A DNA stretch of 64,000 bases from an uncultured delta proteobacterium (lineage in GTDB: Bacteria; Desulfobacterota; Desulfuromonadia; Desulfuromonadales; JACZKF01), in contig CAWFKQ010000009.1 in NCBI GenBank assembly GCA_963816395.1, positions 192,001 through 256,000 on the forward strand. The letters are read 5' to 3'. Of this stretch, positions 55,136-64,000 are shown piece by piece (positions within the stretch are counted from its first letter, which is position 1; every line of letters starts with the position of its first letter). A program made the translations under genes and the position numbers. The notes beneath the pieces are model-generated. The model ran no database searches and had not been told where the DNA came from. It saw only the letters and a list, made by a program, of their open reading frames with translations.

Positions 55136-56606
55136 ATGGAAAATCTGGCGCAAATCGCCATGCAGAACGTCAACTTGGGAGCGATCATGCCTTCCCTGGT
55201 CCTGGTCTGTTTCGGCATGGTCCTCCTGCTGGTCAATGTCTTTTCACCGCGGGGAAAAACAGCCCACGTCGCCTGGATCAGCATCATCGCCCTGGTGGTT
55301 ACCGCGGGTTTCGCTCTGGCCGGCTGGACCACGAACGGCACCCCGCAGATCGGCTTTGGCGACAGCGTCCGGCTGGATAATTTCGCCACTTTCTTCAGTC
55401 TGATCTTTCTGCTTGCCGCCGGGCTCACCATCCTGATGTCCGACGAATACCTCAAGCGCGAGGATTACGCGGTCGGCGAATACTACCCGCTGATCCTGTT
55501 TACCACCGCCGGTGCCATGTGGATGGCGTCGGGTACCGACCTGATGACCATTTTCCTCGGCCTGGAGGTTCTCTCCATCTCTCTTTACGTGCTGGCGGGC
55601 TTTTTCCGTCGCCAGACGCGGTCGAATGAGGCGGGGCTGAAGTATTTCCTTCTGGGCGCGTTTTCCACCGGCTTCCTGCTCTATGGCATTGCTCTTCTCT
55701 ATGGCGTGACCGGCACCACCAAGGTGGCTCTGATCGGCCAGTTCCTGAGTGCACAATCCGGCTCAGTTGGTCAACCCGATGACCTTGGCCGGGATGGGAC
55801 TGCTGAGCATCGGCTTCCTGTTCAAGATCGCCGCCGCCCCCTTCCACATGTGGACTCCCGATGTTTATCACGGCGCGCCGACGCCCATCACGGCCTTCAT
55901 GAGTGCCGGGCCCAAGGCCGCCGCCTTCGCCGCTTTCCTGCGGGTCTTCGTGATCGCCCTCGGCGGGCTGCAGGACCAGTGGACGACTGTCCTCTGGGTG
56001 CTGGCGGTGCTGACTATGGTTGTCGGCAACGTGATCGCCATCTATCAGACCAACCTCAAGCGAATGCTCGCTTATTCCTCCATCGCCCACGCCGGCTATG
56101 CTCTGGTGGGGATGGTGGCGGCGAATGAGATCGGCATTTCCGGCATTCTCTTCTACATGCTCGCCTATACCTTTATGAATCTCGGCGCTTTCGCCGTACT
56201 GGTGCTGGCGGGCAAAAAGGGAGAGGAGAACCTGACCCTCGAGGGCTTCTCCGGTTTCGGCTACAAGCGGCCGTTCCTCGGCGTGGCCATGACCATCTTC
56301 CTGCTCTCCTTGATGGGCATCCCGCCTACGGCCGGCTTTGCCGGGAAATTCTATATCTTCGCCGGGGCCATCAAGGCAGGTTACGTCTGGCTGGCGGTAA
56401 TCGGAGTGCTGAACTCCGCCGTCTCCCTCTATTACTATCTGCGGGTGATGGTCTATATGTACTTCCGCGAACCGGCCGAGGATTACGGCTGGGTGAAAAT
56501 GCATGCCGGCGCAGTGATCTCCATCGTCGCTGCCATCATCGGCGTCTTCTACCTCGGGATTATTCCCGGCTCGGTCATCGAAATCGCCAAGCGGTCCCTC
56601 TTTTAA
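55136..56606 (+). CDS. nuoN: NADH-quinone oxidoreductase subunit N (frameshift near 55750)
   Basis: [34 protein letters not shown]. Confidence 0.96.
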
Positions 56607-56630
56607 CCCGTCCCGATATCTCGTTTTTCG

Positions 56631-56663
56631 GGCCCCGGCAGCCACTGCTGCCGGGGCCTTTTT
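56631..56663 (+). terminator. Intrinsic terminator of the nuo operon
   Basis: GGCCCCGGCAGC-CACT-GCTGCCGGGGCC-TTTTT. Confidence 0.9.
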
Positions 56664-56742
56664 GCTCCAGTCCAGAGTCGCCAGGAAGTTCCAGAGCTTA
56701 ACGCCCGGAAGGAAGATGGCTGCCCCGGACACTTCACGGCGG

Positions 56743-57725
56743 TCAGGGGGTTGGCCCTCCTCATCCAAGTGTAATTGCGGGTCCTCCTCCCGCATAATGC
56801 CTTTTAGCTTTTCCAGGCTTTTGGCTTCAATCTGCCTGATTCGCTCCCGCGTGACTCCGAACTGCTTGCCGATGGTGTCGAGGGTCTGCGTGGAGCGGTC
56901 ATTCAAGCCGAAGCGCAGGGCAAGAATCTCCTGCTCGTTCTCGCTCAAGCTCTCCATCCATTCGTGGATCAGGGCGAAACTCTGCCGATCCTCCAGATGC
57001 GACAAGGGGTCAACGGTCGTCGAATCCTCGAGGGTATCGATGAGTGTGTATTCGCTGTCTTCCCCCAGCGGATGTTCTATCGACCAGGTTTTCCTGACCA
57101 GAACCCTGAGCTGGCTGATATAGGTGGTTTCCACGCCCATTCTTTCCGCAATTTCGCTCGCCTGTGGCTCGCGTTGGACTTCTCGCTGTATTTCGCGGGT
57201 GATCTTGAGCATCTTATTCACATCATCGGCGATATGCACCGGCAGGCGGATGGTCCGACTCTGGTTGACCAGCGCCCGCTCGATTGCCTGCCGGATCCAC
57301 CAGGTGGCGTAGGTCGAGAAGCGAAATCCCTTCTTTACCTCAAACTTGTCGACGGCCTTGATCAGCCCCATGTTCCCTTCCTCGATCAGGTCGAGAAAAG
57401 GCAGGCCGCGATTCATGTAACGTTTGGCGATTTTGACGACCAGGCGCAGATTGCATTCAATCATCAGCTCCCTGGCGTCCTGGTCCCCCTCTTTGATCCG
57501 CTCCCCCAGCTCCCGTTCCTCCTCGGCGCTCAGGAGTTTCGTCTTCTTCAATTCCTTAAGATAAATTTTGATGGCATCTTCGAAGTGGGAATCATCGTCG
57601 GTTTCCGATTCGTCCTCCCCCCCTTGGTCCCCCTCCTCGGTGGCCTCTATGCCCTCGCCATTCTCTCGTCCAAGAGTCTCATCCTGCCGCAATATTTCAT
57701 TTTCGATTTCCCGCATATCGTTCAT
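56743..57725 (-). CDS. RpoS-like group 2 sigma-70 factor (true stop inferred)
   Basis: [44 protein letters not shown]; adding one base in the G5 run at 56746-56750 gives a stop at 56743 and about 327 aa. Confidence 0.8.
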
Positions 57726-58019
57726 AAGGTTCCTTTCGTCCGCACCGGCCGTAACTTAGCTACGGTTTCAAAGTGTAAAGGAAGTGGAGGACGATGCAAG
57801 GGCTCAACGCGGAACCCTCACCGAGTCACTTGCCCTTTTGAATACTCGGTTTGGGTAGGTTGCGCCGGTCCCGGCGGCGTCCTGACCGGCGCCGCCCGCA
57901 GCGCCCAGGAGGCGCAGGAGGAGGCGGAGGCGGCGAGACGCCGACAGGAGATCGAGTGCAGACAGCGAGAAAAAGAGCAGGGAGAAGCAGATGGCCGAAG
58001 CGCAGATCGCCGCCTTCGC

Positions 58020-58270
58020 CAACCTGGAAAAATGGGCGGGGGGGATTTCAACATCCGTTAGATGGATCTGCAGATGCCGGAAATGAACGGACAGGAAGCG
58101 GCTCAGGCGATCCGCCGGAAGGAAGCAAGCGCACCTGCGTTATCGGCCTGACCGCCGATGCCCGCCGCGAGATAGAGGACGAATGCCTGGCCTCGGGCAT
58201 GGATTCCGTGCTGATGAAGCCGGTTATGGTGAACGATCTTTTTCTGGCGATAGAGGCCTGCCTGTCCTGA
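58020..58270 (+). pseudogene. Truncated response-regulator receiver domain
   Basis: LEKWAGGDFNIR*MDLQMPEMNGQEAAQAIRRKE / RTCVIGLTADARRE..CLASGMDSVLMKPV; in-frame TAG, a frameshift and no N-terminal half. Confidence 0.6.
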
Positions 58271-58342
58271 TGAGATCCCCCAGCCTCTCTGCCGGACGGT
58301 GATCACTGCGGGCCCCTTGCGGCCGGCTGCGGCCGCGCAGAA

Positions 58343-58672
58343 TCAGGAAACGCCTGTAGCGCCCGGTCCTTTAACGAACATCAACGCCAGCCGACTTCCC
58401 GCGTCGGCCCTGATCCCGTGCCGCGCCCCAGCCGGAACGAAAATCATGCTGCCCGCCGAGACCCGCACCTCTTGCTCGTCAACCTGGATGGTTCCTCCCC
58501 CCTCAATGACATAAAATATTTCGTCCTGGCGAGGATGAAGATGGGCAACCGTTGCCTGCCCCGGTTCATAACAAACAAGCTCAGCAATCAGGTTTTCCGA
58601 GCCAATCAATTTTTTCCTCGTCTGTTTGATGGAAGAAAACTCCAGGTGTTCTCGGATATCCAAATGCTCCAC
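58343..58672 (-). CDS. Cupin-domain protein
   Basis: HLHPRQDEIFYVIEG, VPAGARH; GGAGG RBS plus GTG. Confidence 0.85.
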   Translation of the reverse strand: MEHLDIREHLEFSSIKQTRKKLIGSENLIAELVCYEPGQATVAHLHPRQDEIFYVIEGGGTIQVDEQEVRVSAGSMIFVPAGARHGIRADAGSRLALMFVKGPGATGVS

Positions 58673-58846
58673 TTTCAGCCTCCGTTCGATATGGTTTGAC
58701 GTATCATGGTACCGGCCAGGTTTCCATTCTCGACTATTCAAACGGTTAATGGAATGTTTTTTCTTTGACCTGAGACAATATGCCACAGGCCCGAGAAAAA
58801 TTGAAATGGTGTTGTAGGTAAGCAGGTGGCGAGCGGAAAAAAATAG

Positions 58847-58875
58847 GGAACCTTTTGGCTCCCTGAGGCATCTAA
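58847..58875 (+). promoter_or_regulatory. ECF-type promoter upstream of the ECF sigma gene
   Basis: GGAACC-16 bp-CATCTAA. Confidence 0.55.
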
Positions 58876-58907
58876 GAGGTGAAACGGAAAAAAAGGGAGT
58901 CCGGAAA

Positions 58908-59606
58908 ATGGCCATGGACAATGTTTCCAATCCTATCCAGGAGGTCCTTGCGGATCGGCAGGTGGTGGACCGGGTACTCCAGGGCGATGCCGCGAGCTTC
59001 GAGTTGATCATGCGCCGCCACAACCGGCGACTCTATCGCATCGCCAGGGGCATTCTACGCAACGAGGCCGAAGCCGAAGACGTGGTACAGGAGGCCTATG
59101 TGCGGGCTTTCGAGAAGCTGGAAGATTACCGCGGCCAACGCCCGCTGTCCGCCTGGCTGGCAAAAATCGCCGTAAACGAGGCCTTGGGACGGCTGCGCCG
59201 GGCTGGTACGGCGAAAACCATTTCACTGGATGACCCTGAGCGAACAGAGGAGGCGAACTTCATGGCCGAACTGACCTTCGCCGGGCCCAACCCGGAACAG
59301 AGCGCTGCACGGGAGGAGTTCCGTCGGTTTCTGGAAACAGCCATCGATGCCCTTCCGGAAGCCTACCGAGTGGTTTTCATTCTGCGAGGCGTGGAGGAGA
59401 TGTCCATAGATGAAACCGCCGCCTGCCTGGAGCTGGAAGCGGGTACGGTCAAGACCCGCTTCCACCGGGCGCGGAAAATGCTGCAGCAGCACCTTGCCGG
59501 CATGGTGGAGGTTACCGCCGGCGAGACCTTCCCCTTTGCCGGGGAGCGTTGCGACCGGATCGTCGCCGGAGTCTTCCGGCGGCTCGGAATCGACGGCCGG
59601 CAATAA
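58908..59606 (+). CDS. ECF sigma factor with a C-terminal RCD extension, ECF29-like
   Basis: AEDVVQEAY, WLAKIAVNEAL, GTVKTRFHRAR, tail FPFAGERCDRIV. Confidence 0.85.
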   Translation: MAMDNVSNPIQEVLADRQVVDRVLQGDAASFELIMRRHNRRLYRIARGILRNEAEAEDVVQEAYVRAFEKLEDYRGQRPLSAWLAKIAVNEALGRLRRAGTAKTISLDDPERTEEANFMAELTFAGPNPEQSAAREEFRRFLETAIDALPEAYRVVFILRGVEEMSIDETAACLELEAGTVKTRFHRARKMLQQHLAGMVEVTAGETFPFAGERCDRIVAGVFRRLGIDGRQ

Positions 59607-59654
59607 GAGAAGAAGGGCTGGCTGCGGGAAAAACCGAAGAAAGGAGAATACACC

Positions 59655-60055
59655 TTGAAAAGAATGATTACGTTAGGAGCGATGATGCTGGTCCTTGCCG
59701 CACCGGCTTTTGCGGCCGATTCCAAGGCGCCACCGGATGCCTCTTACAAAAAGGTCAGCTCCCTGGTTGCCCTGCCGGATTTTATTCCCGGAATGGGAAC
59801 GCTCTACGTCAAACCCGCACCCTGCCGATCGGCCGGTTTCTCGCCTATGACCGGGACGGAACGCTGGTTGCCACCATCTACATGGTGCCGCTCGAAGAGA
59901 TGCAGAACCACAAAAACTTTACCGGCCTGGCGGTGGGCAGCGACCGGGTGGAACAGGTCGACCTGACCTACAACCCCGGCCATGCCGGCGTGGAGACTCC
60001 CCATTACCATGTGACCGTCTGGCATGTTAAACCTGAGCCGGCGAAGCTGAAATAG
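59655..60055 (+). CDS. Small exported His-containing protein, DUF5602/TTHB210-like (frameshift near 59815)
   Basis: Signal peptide ending AFA; FIPGMGTLY; NPGHAGVETPHYHVTVWH. Confidence 0.6.
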
Positions 60056-60176
60056 CCACCGCCTGCCGAAGGTCAGTGCTCCAGGACGGCGGCCTTGGCC
60101 GGCCTGGAGCTCGGGCGATGGGGCTGGGGCCCCTAAGCGATCGTCCCTCCCCATGGCTAGCGACCCGGGCGGAAAA

Positions 60177-60242
60177 TGAAAATTAATGTCAATATTGTCT
60201 TGACCTCTTTGAAGGGTTCCATTAAGGTGACAACAATTTTCA
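60177..60242 (+). promoter_or_regulatory. Sigma70-like promoter flanked by two Fur-box-like sites
   Basis: TGAAAAT-T-AATGTCA (60177), TTGACC-17 bp-TAAGGT (60200-60228), TGACAAC-A-ATTTTCA (60228). Confidence 0.6.
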
Positions 60243-60293
60243 ATTTCACCAAATGCCGAATGCCCGGTTAAAAGCACAATGAAGGAGATTTAC

Positions 60294-60617
60294 ATGCGCA
60301 GAGAGAAGTGGATTGCGGCCATGGCGGCAGGGGTTTTCGGAATGGCGCTGGTTGCCGGAACCGGCAATGTTTTCGCTCACGAAGGACATGAGCATGCAAC
60401 AGGGAACGTCCAGGCTGCGGAAAAGGGGGCGACTTGCCCGGTCAGCGGCGAGAAGATCGGCAAGAAAACGGATTTTACCTACGAGTACCAAGGCAAGGTC
60501 TATTCTCTCTGTTGCGCCGATTGCATCAGGGAATTCAAGAAAGACCCGGAAAAGTATAGCGGGAAGGATGCGGCGCCTCCGGCAGAGGAAGCGATGCATC
60601 CAGCAGGTCACCAGTAA
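60294..60617 (+). CDS. Exported YHS/TRASH-domain metal-binding protein
   Basis: Signal peptide, HEGHEH, CPVSG...YQGKVYSLCCADC..F..DPEKY. Confidence 0.85.
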   Translation: MRREKWIAAMAAGVFGMALVAGTGNVFAHEGHEHATGNVQAAEKGATCPVSGEKIGKKTDFTYEYQGKVYSLCCADCIREFKKDPEKYSGKDAAPPAEEAMHPAGHQ

Positions 60618-60768
60618 TTCCGGCCGTTCACGTCCGGGGGTCTTGGTTAACGTCCAAGGCTCCTGACGGAAAAAACAGCCGAACCCAGGCAGGGTGGTCG
60701 CCAGCCCGCAGGGCATCTTTCCGCGCTTATGGTGAAAATGAACATCAAAACCATTGAAGGAGGATTTC

Positions 60769-61080
60769 GTGTGTCTCGCGGTAATCGGCGGCATGGACCG
60801 TCTGGAAAGACACTACCGGCGCGAAGCCTTTTTGGCCGGCATCGAGCTGCGGGTCTTCAACCGCTCTGAGCCGGATATCGGGGCCAAGCTGAAGCACGTG
60901 GACGCCGTGGTGATCTTCACCAACAAGGTTTCGCACCGGGTCAAGAAGGAAGCGCTCAAAGCGGCAAAAGCCCGAACTGTCCCGGTGCTTCTACAGCACT
61001 CCTGCGGGATCTGCACCCTGCGGGAATGCCTGAAGTGCCTTATGCCCGAGCATTGTCCCAATCGCCAGGCGGCGCGGTAA
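60769..61080 (+). CDS. DUF2325-family protein
   Basis: LAVIGGMDRL, DAVVIFTNKVSH, HSCG; AGGAGG plus GTG; third Fur-like box at 60733-60747. Confidence 0.75.
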   Translation: MCLAVIGGMDRLERHYRREAFLAGIELRVFNRSEPDIGAKLKHVDAVVIFTNKVSHRVKKEALKAAKARTVPVLLQHSCGICTLRECLKCLMPEHCPNRQAAR

Positions 61081-61138
61081 GCTTCTCCGCCGCCTGTTCA
61101 GAGCATTCACTTTTAACGTGTACAGGAGGAAATCGTTC

Positions 61139-62071
61139 ATGATGCAGTCTCACCATCTTACCCACCTCGCCCGTCGTTTTTCCGCCTTTTCCCGGCTGGC
61201 GGCGCTTCTCCTGGCCGCCGCGGCCGCCGGCGCCAGCAGCCTGGAGGCTTCTCCCGCCGCCGACACGCATTACGGGCCGTTCGGCCTGCTCGACCATCGC
61301 AGCCGCTACGGGCAGTTCTGGTTTCCGGAGCCTTTGCGGGTGGAAGAGACGGATGTCGACAATGAAGTGCGCGTCGACTGGGTCCACCAGGAGGGGAACG
61401 GGCAGGTGAGTGACGAGGCCGCGGTCGAGCTGGAGAAGGCTTTCGGGGTGACCACCTTCGAGCTGGAAATCCCGTACGAGAGGGAGTCCGAAGCCACTAC
61501 CGATCCCCTCACCGGAGAGAGGGAGCACGAGCGGACCCAAGGCGCCGGCAGCATCGAATTCAGCGTGCGCCGGCCGATCTACCAGTTCGTCTCTCGCAAC
61601 GGCTTCTTCGACAACACCGTCGGTGCCGCGCTGGAGGTCGCCATCCCAACCAATTCACCCGTCAGCAGGGATACCGAAGGAGTGGTCAAGATATTCGATG
61701 CCTTGCGACTGGGTGAGCATGTCAGTCTGCAGACCATCGGGGGTTATTCCTTCCTGATAGGACCGGACGAAGGCGGCAATCGGACCTTCGAATACGGCCT
61801 GGCCGCCGGCTACAGCCTCACCCGCAAGGAGCTCGCACTGCCTCATGTCGAGCAGATCATTCCGCTCCTGGAGCTGACGGGCGAGACCGCTCTGAATGGG
61901 GAAGAGGCCGGAGAAAACGAACTCTCCGGGACCCTTGGCGTGCGCGTCAACCTCGATCCCATCGGCCCGCTGCAGCCTCGGCTCGGTGTCGGCTACGTCT
62001 TCCCCGTCGACCAGCGGGCACGCGACGAATTCGATTGGGGACTGGTCACCAGCCTGGTCTTCGAGTATTGA
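61139..62071 (+). CDS. Probable outer-membrane beta-barrel protein of unknown function
   Basis: Signal peptide, alternating amphipathic strands, terminal GLVTSLVFEY. Confidence 0.6.
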   Translation: MMQSHHLTHLARRFSAFSRLAALLLAAAAAGASSLEASPAADTHYGPFGLLDHRSRYGQFWFPEPLRVEETDVDNEVRVDWVHQEGNGQVSDEAAVELEKAFGVTTFELEIPYERESEATTDPLTGEREHERTQGAGSIEFSVRRPIYQFVSRNGFFDNTVGAALEVAIPTNSPVSRDTEGVVKIFDALRLGEHVSLQTIGGYSFLIGPDEGGNRTFEYGLAAGYSLTRKELALPHVEQIIPLLELTGETALNGEEAGENELSGTLGVRVNLDPIGPLQPRLGVGYVFPVDQRARDEFDWGLVTSLVFEY

Positions 62072-62114
62072 AAGTTACCGCATCCGTCTACAACCCTTTG
62101 CCGAGGAGTTATCG

Positions 62115-62532
62115 ATGACAGTGAACCGACGGCAATTCGTGATCCTGGGTGCCGGCCTGCTGGCGGGCTGCGCCATGGGGGGGGCCGGCGCCGGCAACCG
62201 GCAGTCGTCGTCTGCCGCCGGAGAAAGAACCGTCGATGCCGGTCCGGCCGACGCATTCCGGGAGGAAGGGGTGTACGACGGCTTCCGCGCATCAGGGATT
62301 TTTCCTGATCCGCCGGGGCGGCCGGCTGACCGCCCTCGCCAGCACCTGCACACACCGCAACTGCATCCTGAACGTCGCCTCGGATCATTCTTTCATCTGC
62401 CCCTGCCACGGTTCGACCTTCGATCCCGAAGGCGCCGTGACCAGGGGGCCGGCGCGGCGCAGCCTGCCGCTGCTGCCGACCCGGATCGATGACCGGGGAC
62501 GGGTACTCGTTCAGGTCACTCCCGGCCCTTGA
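62115..62532 (+). CDS. Tat-exported Rieske [2Fe-2S] lipoprotein (frameshift near 62300)
   Basis: NRRQFV Tat motif, LAGC lipobox, CTHRNC and CPCHGS. Confidence 0.85.
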
Positions 62533-62644
62533 GGGAAACGACGTACGAGAACACGGATTAATTCGGCGGAGACATAACTGAAGTGCAATCGGGAGTTACC
62601 ATTCTATAATGATATCAGAAAACCAGAATCGGAGGGATGAGAGA

Positions 62645-63031
62645 ATGTGGAAGTATCTCTTGTATCGGAGGCTGGGCTTGCTGTTGATGGTTGTCGGTTG
62701 CTCCGGACCGCAGAAAGTGGTGACGGTTTCGCCGGGAGTTGGCGAGAAGGTCATCCAGATGAAAGCGAGCAGTTTTGATTTCGATCCGGATGTCATCCAT
62801 GCACGGCAGGGGGATCGGCTGGTACTGGCCATCGAGAACGTGGCCGGTATTGAACACAATTTCACCTTGAAAAATCCCGCCGGAGAGGTCCTGGTCGAGA
62901 AAGACCTGCCGGAGAACGAGATCGTGCGGATCGAGGTGCCGCTGCTCCAGGCGGGAGAGTATCCCTTCTACTGCCATAAACCCTTGCATACGACGTTCGG
63001 GATGAAGGGCCGCATCGTGGTGGAACCGTAA
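62645..63031 (+). CDS. Cupredoxin-domain lipoprotein
   Basis: VVGC lipobox-like, HNF...YCHKPLHTTFGM (His/Cys/His/Met type-1 Cu ligands). Confidence 0.8.
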   Translation: MWKYLLYRRLGLLLMVVGCSGPQKVVTVSPGVGEKVIQMKASSFDFDPDVIHARQGDRLVLAIENVAGIEHNFTLKNPAGEVLVEKDLPENEIVRIEVPLLQAGEYPFYCHKPLHTTFGMKGRIVVEP

Positions 63032-63111
63032 GAGTCTTTCCGACCCAGAATCGAAACCGCCGGGCTCTCCCGCAGTGTCGTCGCCGGAGCCCGGAGTTTC
63101 TGCGAGGAAAA

Positions 63112-64000
63112 TTGCCTAGAATTGTTGCCGCAGCCACGGCGGTGCCGCCGTATTCGGCCTCCCAGCAGCAGATCCGCCAGGCGGCGGCGGCCGTTTTTTC
63201 CGGCCGCCTCCCCGATGTCGATCGCCTGCTGGCAGTCTTCGACCATTCCCGGATCGAGCGGCGGCAGTTCATGCGGCCCCTGTCGTGGTATCAGGTGCTG
63301 CATTCTCCGGCGGAGCGAAACCGGGTCTACCTTGAGGACGGATTGGCGCTGCTGGCGCGGGCCGCCCAGGCCTGCCTCGATCAGGCCGGGGTGAGCGCGG
63401 GGGAAATCGATCACGTGATCTGTGTCTCCTCCACCGGCCACGCGACCCCTTCCCTGGATGCCCGTCTGATCAACGAGCTGGGACTGCCGCCCACCACCAG
63501 CCGCCTGCCGATCTGGGGACTCGGCTGCGCCGGCGGAGCCGCGGGGCTTGCCCGCGCTTTCGATTTCTGCCGGGCCCATCCGCGGGCGCGGGCGCTGGTC
63601 ACCACCCTCGAATGCTGCAGCCTGACCTTCCTCGCGGGCGATCTTTCGAAGAAGAACATGGTGGCCGCCGCTATTTTCGCCGACGGCGCCGCCGCCGCCC
63701 TGGTCGCCGGCTGCGAAGCTGCCGGGGCGGGGCCGCGCATCCTGGCGACCCGCTCGCACCTGTTCCCCGACAGCTACGGCATCATGGGCTGGGAGTTCGG
63801 CGACCACGGGATGGAACTCGTCCTTTCTCCCAAGCTCCCGGCGGTGATCAAGCAGAAGCTGCCGGATCTCTTTGCCGGCTTCCTGCAGGCGCAGGGGCTG
63901 GGCCGGGAAGGGATCGTCCACTACATCACCCATCCCGGAGGCGCCAAGGTGATCGATGCCTATCGGCTGGCTCTCGGCCTGGCCAGGGACGAACTGGCCT
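63112..64000 (+). CDS. Type III polyketide synthase, BpsA/SrsA-like (3' end runs off the window)
   Basis: Not in the ORF track. TTG start MPRIVAAATAVPP, PIWGLGCAGG, AAIFADGAAA, HPGGAKVI. Confidence 0.88.
   Translation, partial: MPRIVAAATAVPPYSASQQQIRQAAAAVFSGRLPDVDRLLAVFDHSRIERRQFMRPLSWYQVLHSPAERNRVYLEDGLALLARAAQACLDQAGVSAGEIDHVICVSSTGHATPSLDARLINELGLPPTTSRLPIWGLGCAGGAAGLARAFDFCRAHPRARALVTTLECCSLTFLAGDLSKKNMVAAAIFADGAAAALVAGCEAAGAGPRILATRSHLFPDSYGIMGWEFGDHGMELVLSPKLPAVIKQKLPDLFAGFLQAQGLGREGIVHYITHPGGAKVIDAYRLALGLARDELA

Noticed and set aside
55500..57725. 741-aa sigma ORF overlapping nuoN antisense
   Set aside because: Best explained by one lost base in a G run near 56748; the extension is just the reverse frame of nuoN.

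Overview
GC-rich Desulfuromonadales-type (Desulfuromonas/Geobacter-like) chromosomal window, almost entirely energy and lipid metabolism. About 40 single-base frameshifts, many in essential genes, point to an unpolished long-read assembly, so split genes were re-joined by eye. Left to right: (1) a cluster of inner-membrane quinol oxidoreductases (imcH-like, cbcSTU-like, a second cytochrome c/DsrO-like/DsrP-like module, cbcL); (2) F0-only atpZIBE, trmJ, hemL; (3) a lipid-scavenging and beta-oxidation cluster (FadL, VolA/Pla-1-like lipoprotein lipase, FadD, FadB/N, thiolase, acyl-CoA dehydrogenase, MBL hydrolase, FadH, exported chalcone-isomerase-fold protein, crotonase, thioesterase, MerR/LiuR-like regulator, etfBA) with four matching LiuR-type operators; (4) rnfABCDGE, then nuoA-N with a HydB-like NuoF and a Zn-ribbon/TPR gene inserted between nuoG and nuoH; (5) an accessory end with an RpoS-like sigma, a receiver-domain remnant, cupin, ECF sigma with an RCD tail, a Fur-box-like operon (YHS, DUF2325, probable outer-membrane barrel, Tat Rieske lipoprotein), a cupredoxin lipoprotein and a type III PKS. 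No rRNA, tRNA, CRISPR array or transposase was seen. Family assignments come from recalled motifs, not database searches.
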